A stretch of 63,296 nucleotides of DNA from the IMG/VR virus record IMGVR_UViG_3300044638_006148, positions 1-63,296 of that record. The stretch is one strand, 5' to 3'. The position numbers were made by a program, and so were the translations under genes. A model generated the notes under the pieces. It had not been told where the DNA came from and searched no databases. It saw only the letters and a program-made list of their open reading frames with translations. Positions within the stretch are counted from its first letter, which is position 1. Every line of letters begins with the position of its first letter. Shown here piece after piece: positions 20,070 through 30,122 of the stretch. This stretch comes from a virus (Duplodnaviria > Caudoviricetes).

Positions 20070-21168
20070 TTTCTTTTAATATTAATGTTTCTACAGTATT
20101 CAGTGCACTTTCAATAACTTGGTGCATATCATAATACTTGTATTCTGCTAATCTCCCCCCAAAAATATATTTGGACTGAGAATCTGATAGTTTTTTATAT
20201 TGATTATACTTAGAATTATTATCTAAATCATTTACAGGATAATACGGTTCTGTGTTTTTTGAGTCGTATTTTACAGGATATTCATATGTAACCCAAGTTG
20301 AATCCGATTCAATTTTTTCGAAATGTTTGTGTTCGATTATTCTGGTGTACATGGTTGATTCATCAGTATAATTGATGACTGCGACACCTTGGAAATTTTC
20401 TTTTTGATACTTGATGTGATTGAATTTTGTTGTCTTGTATTCTAACTCCCCAAATTCAAAATTATAAAATCTATCAATAGGCCCTGTATAAATTATTTTT
20501 TTTGAAATACTTTCCCAATAATTTTTATCAGATAAGAAATCAACATTCAATTTTACTTCAATCCCATCCAACAACTTATCAAAAATTTGTGTATATCCCC
20601 CGATTGGTATTCCTTGATATCTATCGTTAAAATAGTTGTTGTCATAAGTGAATCTTACGGGCAGTCTTTTAATGATTTCTATAGGTAAATCTTTTGGGTC
20701 TTTACCCCATTGTTTTGTGGTATATCCTTTGATTAATTTTTTATAAACATCCTTACCAACCAACTTTATTGCCTGTTCTTCTAAATTTTTTGGAACATCA
20801 ATTTCATTAGATTGAGATTCAATAATTTTTTTTGCTTCTTCAGGTGTAACAATATTCCAAAGTTTATTGAATGTCCACATGTTGAACGGTAATGAATAAA
20901 TTTCACCATTATAATTCGCAACAGGACTATATACGAAGTTATTAAACTTTACATATTTATTAATCCATTCCCAAATTTTTTCATTGGAAGTGTGAAAAAT
21001 GTGTGGACCATATATGTGTAAGTTGATACCATTTCGGGGTTCAGTATAACAATTTCCACCAATGTGGTTTCTACTTTCAATTACTAAACATTTAAACCCT
21101 TTATCCGTTAATTCCCTCGCACATATCGAACCGAAAAATCCACTTCCGACAATCAAATAATCATACAT
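20062..21168 (-). CDS. glf: UDP-galactopyranose mutase
   Basis: IVGSGFFG, HIGGNCY, YGPHIFHT, GYTTKQWG, YFNDRYQGIP, EPYYP, GRLAEYKYYDM. Confidence 0.97.
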   Translation of the reverse strand: MYDYLIVGSGFFGSICARELTDKGFKCLVIESRNHIGGNCYTEPRNGINLHIYGPHIFHTSNEKIWEWINKYVKFNNFVYSPVANYNGEIYSLPFNMWTFNKLWNIVTPEEAKKIIESQSNEIDVPKNLEEQAIKLVGKDVYKKLIKGYTTKQWGKDPKDLPIEIIKRLPVRFTYDNNYFNDRYQGIPIGGYTQIFDKLLDGIEVKLNVDFLSDKNYWESISKKIIYTGPIDRFYNFEFGELEYKTTKFNHIKYQKENFQGVAVINYTDESTMYTRIIEHKHFEKIESDSTWVTYEYPVKYDSKNTEPYYPVNDLDNNSKYNQYKKLSDSQSKYIFGGRLAEYKYYDMHQVIESALNTVETLILKENV

Positions 21169-21847
21169 CTAAAATCAAATCGATTTTTACGTCAAATTTA
21201 TTTTGTTCATTCCAAAAAATACTAATCAAATGGTTTCTTCGATGAATAATCTCCTCCCAATTAGGATACTCATCAATATAATTTTTTTTCTTTTTTAATT
21301 CGACAATCGTCATACCCCAAGATAAAGGATGGTTCGACATTTTTATAAATTCATCTTCATAGTTTAATGAGTCGACACCAAAAAAACTTTTAACTCCTTC
21401 TTCAACTCTATCCCAAGTAATACCACCATAAATGTCATTTTTATCTAAGTCCCAATTAGTGTCATGAAAGGCGATGAATCCACCTTCTTCTAAATGAGGA
21501 TACCAAAAATATAATTCGGTCATAACTTGTTCTTTGATATGAAATGTATCCACGAACAATCCTGAAATTTTTTTATCCCAATACTTTCCGACAGTTGAAG
21601 AGTCTCCTAAAATTTTTGTATAGTTGGGATGAGACGAAACTGTCGAGTTTAACATACTCCAATCGACATCGACTCCAAATACTTTATTATTTTTTTCGAC
21701 AGATTGTAATAACATTATTTCTGAGGAAACACCTCCTCGAACTCCCAAATCAACAAAAGTTGAACTTTCATACTTAGATACTATCGAGTATAATTTATCA
21801 GCATTTACACCGATATCAGTAGAGTGAAACTTGGTTAAATCAATCAT
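21161..21847 (-). CDS. Class I SAM methyltransferase (Methyltransf_24-like), probable sugar O-methyltransferase
   Basis: VDLGVRGGVS, GVD, GDS, LFVDTFH, L..GGFIAFHD. Confidence 0.8.
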   Translation of the reverse strand: MIDLTKFHSTDIGVNADKLYSIVSKYESSTFVDLGVRGGVSSEIMLLQSVEKNNKVFGVDVDWSMLNSTVSSHPNYTKILGDSSTVGKYWDKKISGLFVDTFHIKEQVMTELYFWYPHLEEGGFIAFHDTNWDLDKNDIYGGITWDRVEEGVKSFFGVDSLNYEDEFIKMSNHPLSWGMTIVELKKKKNYIDEYPNWEEIIHRRNHLISIFWNEQNKFDVKIDLILDV

Positions 21848-22725
21848 ATAAAATATTGCTTTACTAAATTATTTAGTTGTTCTTTTTGGTTTAATATTGA
21901 TGAACGGTAAAGAGAATAATCTTGTAACATCGATTCAAAATTTTCGAAACAATTACGAATCAAACCACTAATTTCTTCTATGCTCGATGTTTTGTATTTA
22001 CCGCTAACAGGTATGTCATTATAAAATCCTGCAGATCCTTTAAGATTTGTTAACACACAATTCCCAAGAATTGCCGATTCTCTTGGTATTCTATCTCTCC
22101 CTGGATGGTGACCAAAATCTATGTAAATTTTACTTATTTTTAATAATTCAATAATTTGGTCCTCACTCATTCCTGCAATAGGTACAAATTCAATATCAGG
22201 GTTTGATGATTTAATAATGTTTGTAATTTCCATTCCTTTTGCAGGATTGTAACACACAATATTTTTTTTCATCAAAATATCGAATGTTGTTGACGTATAT
22301 TTTTCAGGTATATAATCGAATAATGGTAGATACTTTTTAGCTCCATTTTTCAATAAAAAATCTAAAGCGTAAAAAGATTGATAAAAGTGAGTAATATTAT
22401 CATTTGCAAAATCTTGAAATTTACCATGATTGTTATCAACACTCAACCACCATATTGCTTTTTTTAAATTTTTATAAGTCCCTAATTTCTCTGTCCAAAC
22501 TTCAGGATAAATTATCCAATTATTTGGACTATCATCAACTTCTAATGAATGTTTAATATTGTAGTGTTGATATTTTGATGGGATTGGAACCGAATGAGGG
22601 ATGTCCCACAATACGATTGATTCTCCACCTAAATTGTTGATTGCGTCTGCTAGTTGAAATAAAGATTCTACTCCACCAGCTATGGCTTGTGCAGGAATGT
22701 TTATATATATTTTTTGCTTTGTCAT
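21844..22725 (-). CDS. GT-B fold glycosyltransferase-like protein
   Basis: AGGVESLFQL, IYPE, WWLSVDN, YIDFGHHPGRDRIPRESA. Confidence 0.7.
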   Translation of the reverse strand: MTKQKIYINIPAQAIAGGVESLFQLADAINNLGGESIVLWDIPHSVPIPSKYQHYNIKHSLEVDDSPNNWIIYPEVWTEKLGTYKNLKKAIWWLSVDNNHGKFQDFANDNITHFYQSFYALDFLLKNGAKKYLPLFDYIPEKYTSTTFDILMKKNIVCYNPAKGMEITNIIKSSNPDIEFVPIAGMSEDQIIELLKISKIYIDFGHHPGRDRIPRESAILGNCVLTNLKGSAGFYNDIPVSGKYKTSSIEEISGLIRNCFENFESMLQDYSLYRSSILNQKEQLNNLVKQYFI

Positions 22726-23432
22726 ATTTTATGTTTAATTTTTACATGATTAATTTCAGCATGGATGTCTTTATTATATAGTGAGCTGATTTGGGTCGGA
22801 TGCATTCTATTAGTTATTAGTGGGTCTGTAATAATAGTGGGAAGTCCATATCTGATGTAAAGTTGATAATACATTTCACAATCCATTAACATGGTTAATT
22901 CTTCATCAAACAAACAAGGATTGTTATTCCTAAACGATAATACAGACGGAGAACTTATGGTGTTCACACCGAGTGGGATATCTTTATTCCAATGTGGTAT
23001 CATAAAATTTCCATATGTCATCCCATCATTATTTGTGTGATTACAACCACTTACTAACCAATTACATTGTTCGTCTTGAAAACTATTTATAATTTTTTCA
23101 AGAGCATCATTTTGATAAAAGAAATCATCCTGAAACATTATTTTGATTATATCTCCATCTGCATTGATTATTGCATTATTTGTGTTTGCAGGGCCATTTC
23201 CTAACAAGCGGTCGTTTTTTATATAAATAATCTCAAATGTTTGTGAATATGAGTCACATAAATCTTTAATATCATTATTCTTACTATGGTCAGAAATTAT
23301 GATATTAAAATTATTATACGTTTGACTGGATATTTTTTCAAAATTATTTTTTAAGAATTCAACACCCCTTCCGTATTGTTCCCAAGTCGGTATGCAAATT
23401 GAAACTTTCACTTTAGAGTTTACTATATTCAT
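22722..23432 (-). CDS. GT2 glycosyltransferase
   Basis: VSICIPT, IIISDHS, NTNNAI..A.GD..K.MFQDD, FDE.L..LMD.E. Confidence 0.88.
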   Translation of the reverse strand: MNIVNSKVKVSICIPTWEQYGRGVEFLKNNFEKISSQTYNNFNIIISDHSKNNDIKDLCDSYSQTFEIIYIKNDRLLGNGPANTNNAIINADGDIIKIMFQDDFFYQNDALEKIINSFQDEQCNWLVSGCNHTNNDGMTYGNFMIPHWNKDIPLGVNTISSPSVLSFRNNNPCLFDEELTMLMDCEMYYQLYIRYGLPTIITDPLITNRMHPTQISSLYNKDIHAEINHVKIKHKI

Positions 23433-24123
23433 GCTTATTTCTTATTTTGTTTGCGGTTGCAATAACATTACTCATATATACTTTATGCTCATTGATAGGG
23501 TTGGATTCATTATAAATGTAATTTATATCAGATAAAAATCTGTAATGTTCCTCTCCTGACATTTCAAACATTGGAAACATAAATGATAAATCTCCTGCAA
23601 CACTCCAATAATTATTGTTTTCATCTCGTAAATCTTCAGGCTTAATCTTTTTCCAAAGCCATGATTTCCATGTTCTGAGATGAGACAATGTAAATGTTTG
23701 TTTTCTTACATTAGAAAAATTAGTAGGAGGATTTGCAAATCCTGGTCTTCCGTCATGATATCTGAAAGATCCACTAGTCATCCAAACGTTTTCATTTTTA
23801 TAAATTTCATTTATTCTTGTAAAAACATTTGAATCGGATAACCAATCATCACCATCGACTTCAACACAAATCTCATCATCTCCAATATTTTGATGCCTAA
23901 TAATTTGGTCGTAATTTCCAGTTTGATATAGTTTTGATTTATTTTCGACCAAGATGAATCTTGAGTCATTTTTTATTGTTTCACGAACAATGTTAACTGT
24001 ATTATCTGTGGATAAATCATCAGTAATGTAACATGTGAAATCTTTGTATCTTTGACTCATTATACTGAATAAAGATTTTTCGATGTATTTTTCGCAATTG
24101 TAAGATGTGGTTAATATTATCAT
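23413..24123 (-). CDS. GT2 glycosyltransferase
   Basis: SYNCEKYI, DDLSTD, VDGDDWL. Confidence 0.88.
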   Translation of the reverse strand: MIILTTSYNCEKYIEKSLFSIMSQRYKDFTCYITDDLSTDNTVNIVRETIKNDSRFILVENKSKLYQTGNYDQIIRHQNIGDDEICVEVDGDDWLSDSNVFTRINEIYKNENVWMTSGSFRYHDGRPGFANPPTNFSNVRKQTFTLSHLRTWKSWLWKKIKPEDLRDENNNYWSVAGDLSFMFPMFEMSGEEHYRFLSDINYIYNESNPINEHKVYMSNVIATANKIRNKHEYSKL

Positions 24124-25277
24124 GGTATGTCAATTAAAAATCCTTCAACTTTAGACCCTACTTTAAAAAATTTCAACCTCCCATTGTAGGATTCGGAAAG
24201 AGAATTTAATTTTGATGAAACTAGTGGATCTTCAACAACATTAATTGTATATCCTTCATTAAGTAAATCAAGACATAACTGATATTGTTGAGAACTTTCC
24301 AAAATGTTTGTATTTTTTTTATAAGAAAGCCCATTTATAACAAATGGAATTGATTTATCAGGATTCTGATTTACATATTTTTTTTTCAAAAAGTCCAAAT
24401 GTAGTTTATTTAAGTCATCAATTTTTGATATTAAATTTACATCTGTTTTAGAATTTTCGAGGATATAATTTAAAGCTTTATTATCTCGGGATATAATTGG
24501 ACCACCAAATCCAAAACTATATTTGAATTCTTTATCACCAATTCTTGAATCACCACCCATTGCATTCAAAACTAAATTAATATCTTTATCAATACCTAAA
24601 TTCGTCATTAGATTTCCTACCATATTTGCAAAAGTATTTTTTATGGAAACAAAAGAACTAATCGCAAGTTTTGCAACTTCGGCCGATTTTGTATCCATCA
24701 TAAATGCGTTAATCGACTTGTTTTGAATTTTTTGATATATTTGAATAATATTATCAAAAATTTGTTGATGATTAGTTCCGATTAATAACAAATCTGAGTT
24801 TTTTAGAGTCGAAACTATTTCTCCATTTTCTGACAACACAGGATGATATGCGACTTGTATATTAAACATATCTAATTTTTTCTGAATTTGTTCAACATCT
24901 CCTGGATTGGTAGTAGTGCATATTACAAACTTTTTTTCATACAATGGGATGTCCAATTTAGATACATCAAAAAAAAGATTCGCAACTTCAAATACAACCG
25001 ATGTATCAATATTACCATCTAAAAAAGGTAACGTTTCAATAAAGGTAAAAATAATATCAGAATTTGTGATTATTTCAATCGGGTCAGAAGTAGTAATCCC
25101 TTGTTGCTCAAATAACATTCTTTGAACATAAGGTTCTGATGTTAAACAAACATTTTGATTTAGATTATAAATTAATTCTTCATCATTATCTGAAACAACT
25201 ACGGATAATCCTGATTCTTTACACAACAAAGCAAATGGGATGCCAACTTTACCTAATCCGATAACACCAACTTTCAT
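24120..25277 (-). CDS. UDP-glucose/GDP-mannose dehydrogenase homologue lacking the catalytic Cys
   Basis: GLGKVG, SAEVAKLA, DSRIG, GLSYKKNT; GFGGPIISRD where the family has GFGGxC. Confidence 0.8.
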   Translation of the reverse strand: MKVGVIGLGKVGIPFALLCKESGLSVVVSDNDEELIYNLNQNVCLTSEPYVQRMLFEQQGITTSDPIEIITNSDIIFTFIETLPFLDGNIDTSVVFEVANLFFDVSKLDIPLYEKKFVICTTTNPGDVEQIQKKLDMFNIQVAYHPVLSENGEIVSTLKNSDLLLIGTNHQQIFDNIIQIYQKIQNKSINAFMMDTKSAEVAKLAISSFVSIKNTFANMVGNLMTNLGIDKDINLVLNAMGGDSRIGDKEFKYSFGFGGPIISRDNKALNYILENSKTDVNLISKIDDLNKLHLDFLKKKYVNQNPDKSIPFVINGLSYKKNTNILESSQQYQLCLDLLNEGYTINVVEDPLVSSKLNSLSESYNGRLKFFKVGSKVEGFLIDIP

Positions 25278-26902
25278 TATAACACTTTTTTATATTCTTC
25301 TTTTATTTGTGATGCAACATTTGTAGAATAATATTTTTCTATATCTGATGGAGGATTGAATTTTTCTTTGGAAAGAATAAATCCTCCTGAATCAACTTTG
25401 TAAATCCAACTTGGTTTTCCACACATCCATCCTTCTATGGTTGTACGACCCAACTGAATACCTGCGGTTTCGGAACATTTTTGAACGTATGGTTCTACAT
25501 TCCATGTTGGTGGGAAATGTTTAACATGAGAGTTTGTCAATATTGCCGGAAGGTAATTTGATTTGTCTTCCCCTACCAACCACAGTTCTTTACCATTCTC
25601 AGCAGTGTGGTCAATCAAATCCATAATTGTTTCTTTCCGTAGGTAATCTATGGTTCCAACGAATAATATATAGTTTTCTTCTTTTACTGGCTTAGATTTG
25701 AATTTTTCATTATCGATTGGATTATATATAACCTCAACCATACTTTCGTCAATTTCGAATTTGTTAACGATATGTTCTTTTATTTCAGGTCGAATTGCAA
25801 TATACTTTTTGATGGATTCATGTTTGATTGGGTCTTCCAATTCGATTACTTCAGAATGTATAGAATATATCTTGTCGATTTCAGGATAGAATTGAATCAT
25901 TCTTTCGGCAACAGGTTTGTGTTGCATGTGAATGATATCAAAGTTTACAGGGCCTACACGGTACATTACGTTTGGTTCAGATGTTTGTAATCCATCTTCA
26001 GTTTGAACTCCCCACTTACCGTCACCCAATTTAAATCCAGGCGATTGTTCGAATGGAACACATTTGATTCCTTGTTTTCTAGCTAAATCAGTTAATGGAC
26101 CTCCAATTTGTGATAATACTGTGACATCACAATTTTGTTTCATTAAGTTTTTAGCTAGCTCGTAAACATATAATTCTGATCCTGTAAATGTTCTAAAAAA
26201 TAAACAACTAATTAATACTTTAAGTCTTTTATTTGGGTCTAAAGGTAATTTTAGGGGTAAGTTGTTTTTGTATTTTTCTTGAAAAATTTGACGGTTTTCC
26301 TCCCATTGTTGATTGGTTTGACCTATTGATTTGTGAGTCATTCTAATGTTAGTGATGACACCAACTTTAACTCCTTGTAAATGGTTTTCGAAACAGAATG
26401 GAATGTCATAGAAATGAAATCCATTGAATTCTTCGTTGAATGGTTTTTTTATTCTTTCTTTGTGTACTGCGATAAACAAACCATCAACAACTACTGTTTG
26501 ATACACTGTATTACCTACCGCATCGGCATATTTTGACTCCCATTTTTTCCCATCTTTTTCATGATTAACAATACCAACCATTTTTTTTCTATCTTCCCAC
26601 CACATTCCACTTGCGGGCATCGAAGTTGTTCCCGCCATACCTATAATTCCGAAATCAGTTTTTTCAAAATGTTTGAGTAGTTTGCTATACCAAGCGGGAG
26701 TATCGAAATAAATGTCATCATGGCAAAAAAGTACTATATCAGTCTTTGCTTCTAATAGTATCTCATTATAAACTCTCGCCAAAGATTTAGTTCCATTATT
26801 AACTTTTTCAATTACTTCAAGTTTTTTGAATCCAGAACTTTTTTTAAGGTACTCAATAAACTCAGGTTTGCTTTCTCTAGTTGAATATCCTACAGTTATC
26901 AT
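25277..26902 (-). CDS. Two-domain glycosyltransferase (N-terminal GT2-like + C-terminal GT-B)
   Basis: YNE..., FCHDDI, VVDGLFIAV, FHFYD; then FTGSELYVYELA and GRTTIEGWMCGKP. Confidence 0.8.
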   Translation of the reverse strand: MITVGYSTRESKPEFIEYLKKSSGFKKLEVIEKVNNGTKSLARVYNEILLEAKTDIVLFCHDDIYFDTPAWYSKLLKHFEKTDFGIIGMAGTTSMPASGMWWEDRKKMVGIVNHEKDGKKWESKYADAVGNTVYQTVVVDGLFIAVHKERIKKPFNEEFNGFHFYDIPFCFENHLQGVKVGVITNIRMTHKSIGQTNQQWEENRQIFQEKYKNNLPLKLPLDPNKRLKVLISCLFFRTFTGSELYVYELAKNLMKQNCDVTVLSQIGGPLTDLARKQGIKCVPFEQSPGFKLGDGKWGVQTEDGLQTSEPNVMYRVGPVNFDIIHMQHKPVAERMIQFYPEIDKIYSIHSEVIELEDPIKHESIKKYIAIRPEIKEHIVNKFEIDESMVEVIYNPIDNEKFKSKPVKEENYILFVGTIDYLRKETIMDLIDHTAENGKELWLVGEDKSNYLPAILTNSHVKHFPPTWNVEPYVQKCSETAGIQLGRTTIEGWMCGKPSWIYKVDSGGFILSKEKFNPPSDIEKYYSTNVASQIKEEYKKVL

Positions 26903-27516
26903 AATCCAGTGCTTCCAAATCCATTATCCATTCTATCTTTATTTCCGACCTTGTCCATTAATTCTACTGAGACATACTTTCCACACACAACGGGACATAG
27001 AACTGCTTGAGCAATCTTCATTCCTTTCGCTACGGTTACGGATGTTTGAGTGGTATTAAAAACAATAACTTTGATTTCACCTACATATCCTGAATCAACG
27101 GTTCCAGGAGTATTTAAAACAGTAAGTCCTTGATTTAATGCCAAACCACTTTTGGGTCTTATTTGAATTTCATGTTCTTCAGGAATTGACAATTTAATAC
27201 CTGTTGGAATCAATGATCTACCGAATGGAGGTATAATTATTTCTATCGTCGAACGTAGGTCGAATCCTGAATCTGATGGGTAAGCGTATGAGGGAACTTT
27301 CGCGTCCTCATGGATTAGCTCTACACCTAATGACTTTGTTTTCATCATGGTCATGTGACTTTCATTCAATTCATCAACAGACATTCCCAAAAGACTTTCT
27401 ATTTCTTTCATGTAATCTTCTTCAGGTTCAACTCCTGCATCTTGTTTGATTTGGTCGAATGTTTCTTGTATTTGTTTCCAAATATCTTGGTTTAAATTTA
27501 TGTTTGAGTTTTCCAT
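26899..27516 (-). CDS. dut: Trimeric dUTPase with acidic N-terminal extension
   Basis: SGFDL, RPKSGLA, GTVDSGYVGEI, IAQ, R...GFGSTG. Confidence 0.95.
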   Translation of the reverse strand: MENSNINLNQDIWKQIQETFDQIKQDAGVEPEEDYMKEIESLLGMSVDELNESHMTMMKTKSLGVELIHEDAKVPSYAYPSDSGFDLRSTIEIIIPPFGRSLIPTGIKLSIPEEHEIQIRPKSGLALNQGLTVLNTPGTVDSGYVGEIKVIVFNTTQTSVTVAKGMKIAQAVLCPVVCGKYVSVELMDKVGNKDRMDNGFGSTGL

Positions 27517-28217
27517 TATACTAAATTTGTAATTTTTTTTATAACATCAATTAATACTAATACGTCTTTTTCACAGTATTCTACAATACCTTTGATGTCT
27601 TCATTTATCCAATATGCTTCATGTACCTTATTTCCTTTTATCTCCATATTTTTTGAAGATTCAACACCCATAGAAACACACATCAATTCTAATGAAGCGA
27701 TCGTACCATAGCCACCGTATTGCCAAAGTTCCTTGGTATCTAATGCCTTAATTTCCCATGGTTTGGTGTCATGACCTGGTAATATTTTTGGGGGTAATAA
27801 TCCATTAATAATCATTCTTTTTGCCAACATAGGAATATCAAATCCTTTGACGTTGTGACCACAAAGGAAAAATCCTAATTCTCCAACCCTACGTAAAAGT
27901 TTCTGAACTTCTTGTAACAATTCTTGTTCATTTTTGTTACTAAATGATTGCATCTTTATTTCACCTTTATCGGTGACAAAGGCAACACTTACACAAGCAA
28001 TTTTTGCAAACTCGGGAACTAATGCTGAACGGTTATAGAAGATACTATCAAGAGATAATGTTGCGTCTTCAGGAAATCTTTTTTGAAACCAATCAAGATA
28101 ATTAATAAAAATAGACGAAAGTTCAGGTCTGTTTTTCCTCAATGTTTCCCAATTGGATTCAATTCCAACTGTTTCAATATCAATAAAAAGTAGTTTTTCT
28201 AAAGGTATGTTTATCAT
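27516..28217 (-). CDS. Stand-alone PolB-type 3'-5' exonuclease (DEDDy)
   Basis: DIETV, GHNVKGFDIP, YCEKD. Confidence 0.88.
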   Translation of the reverse strand: MINIPLEKLLFIDIETVGIESNWETLRKNRPELSSIFINYLDWFQKRFPEDATLSLDSIFYNRSALVPEFAKIACVSVAFVTDKGEIKMQSFSNKNEQELLQEVQKLLRRVGELGFFLCGHNVKGFDIPMLAKRMIINGLLPPKILPGHDTKPWEIKALDTKELWQYGGYGTIASLELMCVSMGVESSKNMEIKGNKVHEAYWINEDIKGIVEYCEKDVLVLIDVIKKITNLV

Positions 28218-29434
28218 GATTTATTTGCAATATCAATATAAAATTGTTTTCTATCCTTAGTGACGTTATTCAAGTCATATTTGTCTTTTACTGTTTCATA
28301 CAACCTTTCACCCATATCCTTAATGAGATTGGGGTTTTTAACTAATTTCTCGATGAACTTAGACCAGTCAGCGTGATTTCTTGATTCGTTTACCAAAATT
28401 GCATTTCCATCTACAAAATTTCCGTGTTCTAAACAATGTTTCAAGTCAATGGTGTAAGGACCGATGTTTGACGCAATTACTGCTTTTTTATAGAAACCTG
28501 CCTCAATCACTTTGAGCTGTGATTTCATTCTATTAAACATAGTGTTTTTGATTGGAGCTAAAGAAATATCAAATTTTGAATAATTCTTTGCATAACCAGT
28601 TACTGGTTTAGTCCATACTCTTAGATATGATTCGTTTTTTTCGCTATCATAATCTTCTTGATTATACTTGAGTAGATAATTTTTATAATCGTCAGACACA
28701 ATCTTATAATTTTGAGTAAATACTTTTTCATATTGTGCCCACACAGTTTCTGCCGGAAGAATATTTCTCTTGGTATGTTGTCCTGTCTGAGCATTTATCT
28801 CAGTGACAGAACCCCTTGTATCGAATCCGCACAATACATACTGAACTTTATCTTTTAGGTGTATGAGTTTCGAAAAACCAGCATCCAATAATTGGATATC
28901 GTGCAAGTGAGAGGATCCTCCTAACCAACCAATTCTAACTTTATCAGATTCTTCAGTTTTTTCTTTGAATTGGGGTTCGTTTGGATTAATTGCGTTCGGG
29001 AATACAAATACATTTTTATTGTACTTTCGAATTTCATCCGCAAAAATTTCAGTTGTAGTTGTAACAAACTTTGCAACTTTGAGGTTTGCAACAATCTTCT
29101 CGTTAATCTTGTTGATACGAATAATATCATGGATTGGGTGTTCTTTACCTGGCATCCAATAATCATCAATATCACAAACTGTAACAATTCCCAACGAATT
29201 TAACGTTTGAATAAGGTTGTTTGCGTTCTCAAAATCTGATCCTATACTTCTATGAAAGGCGACAATTTGATATTGTTGCCAAAAATTCATGTCTGTGTAT
29301 GAGGGTTCATAGACAATGTCTACGTGAAACTCATCAGGATATTGATTTTGAAGAAAAATGTGTGGGTCAACCGAACGGAATTTCCCAACTCCCGATCGAT
29401 CTGATGGGACAACTAATACTTTAATTTTTGACAT
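28214..29434 (-). CDS. GT-B fold glycosyltransferase
   Basis: GVGKFRS..P, DIDDYW, IGWLGGSSH..D, DISLAP...FNRMKSQLKVIEAG. Confidence 0.85.
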   Translation of the reverse strand: MSKIKVLVVPSDRSGVGKFRSVDPHIFLQNQYPDEFHVDIVYEPSYTDMNFWQQYQIVAFHRSIGSDFENANNLIQTLNSLGIVTVCDIDDYWMPGKEHPIHDIIRINKINEKIVANLKVAKFVTTTTEIFADEIRKYNKNVFVFPNAINPNEPQFKEKTEESDKVRIGWLGGSSHLHDIQLLDAGFSKLIHLKDKVQYVLCGFDTRGSVTEINAQTGQHTKRNILPAETVWAQYEKVFTQNYKIVSDDYKNYLLKYNQEDYDSEKNESYLRVWTKPVTGYAKNYSKFDISLAPIKNTMFNRMKSQLKVIEAGFYKKAVIASNIGPYTIDLKHCLEHGNFVDGNAILVNESRNHADWSKFIEKLVKNPNLIKDMGERLYETVKDKYDLNNVTKDRKQFYIDIANKS

Positions 29435-29487
29435 ACATTTGAAATATACTTGAAAGTATAAGTTTTTATGTCAAATAAGGAAAGTTG

Positions 29488-30120
29488 TTAAGATAATTTT
29501 TTGATTTTGGTTACCTTTCCTTCAAAAATATGTTTACCAACTTTAAAACTAAACAACTCATTTGTTTTCTCAGATGATTCTGTAACTAAACCATTTTCTT
29601 TAAGAGCGTTGTTTACCGCTTCATTAATCATCTTTTGTATTAGTTTATAATCAATGTTAGATGATTGTTGAACTGATGGTGTCGATTGAGTCTCCTTCTT
29701 TTGTTTTGCCGATTCAGGGACATATCCACTTGGATTTTCTTTCATTAATCTTGAAGCTCTTTCAATTAAATCATTAGAAAGTGTTGCGGTTTGTTGTTGT
29801 TGTGGTTGTGAGATTGGGTGTTCCATCATGAGTTTCTTAATCTCATCAGGTAGTCTTGAATTTTTGATAGCATCTATTGTAGGGACTCCAACCGGCTTTG
29901 TGTTTTCAACGGGTAAAGATGATAAATAAGGTTGACTCATTTGTTGCGATGGTTGTTCCTGAAGATACTCTTGAGGAATATTGTATTTTGCCTGTGGCAT
30001 ATTGAATGATTCCACCATATTTGATGGGGAATTCATCTCTCTATTATCGATTCTTTTGATGCCATCGGTCTTATCCATGATGGCTTTAGAAATCATAAGT
30101 TTTTGCATTAATTGGTCCAT
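29488..30120 (-). CDS. Hypothetical phage protein
   Basis: 210 aa with Q/P/S-rich middle region. Confidence 0.75.
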   Translation of the reverse strand: MDQLMQKLMISKAIMDKTDGIKRIDNREMNSPSNMVESFNMPQAKYNIPQEYLQEQPSQQMSQPYLSSLPVENTKPVGVPTIDAIKNSRLPDEIKKLMMEHPISQPQQQQTATLSNDLIERASRLMKENPSGYVPESAKQKKETQSTPSVQQSSNIDYKLIQKMINEAVNNALKENGLVTESSEKTNELFSFKVGKHIFEGKVTKIKKLS

Positions 30121-30122
30121 AA

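Noticed and set aside
9923-29434. Bacterial chromosomal O-antigen/capsule locus
   Set aside because: No flippase, polymerase, exporter or initiating phosphoglycosyl transferase recognised. It is embedded among phage sigma, baseplate, phoH and fibre genes.
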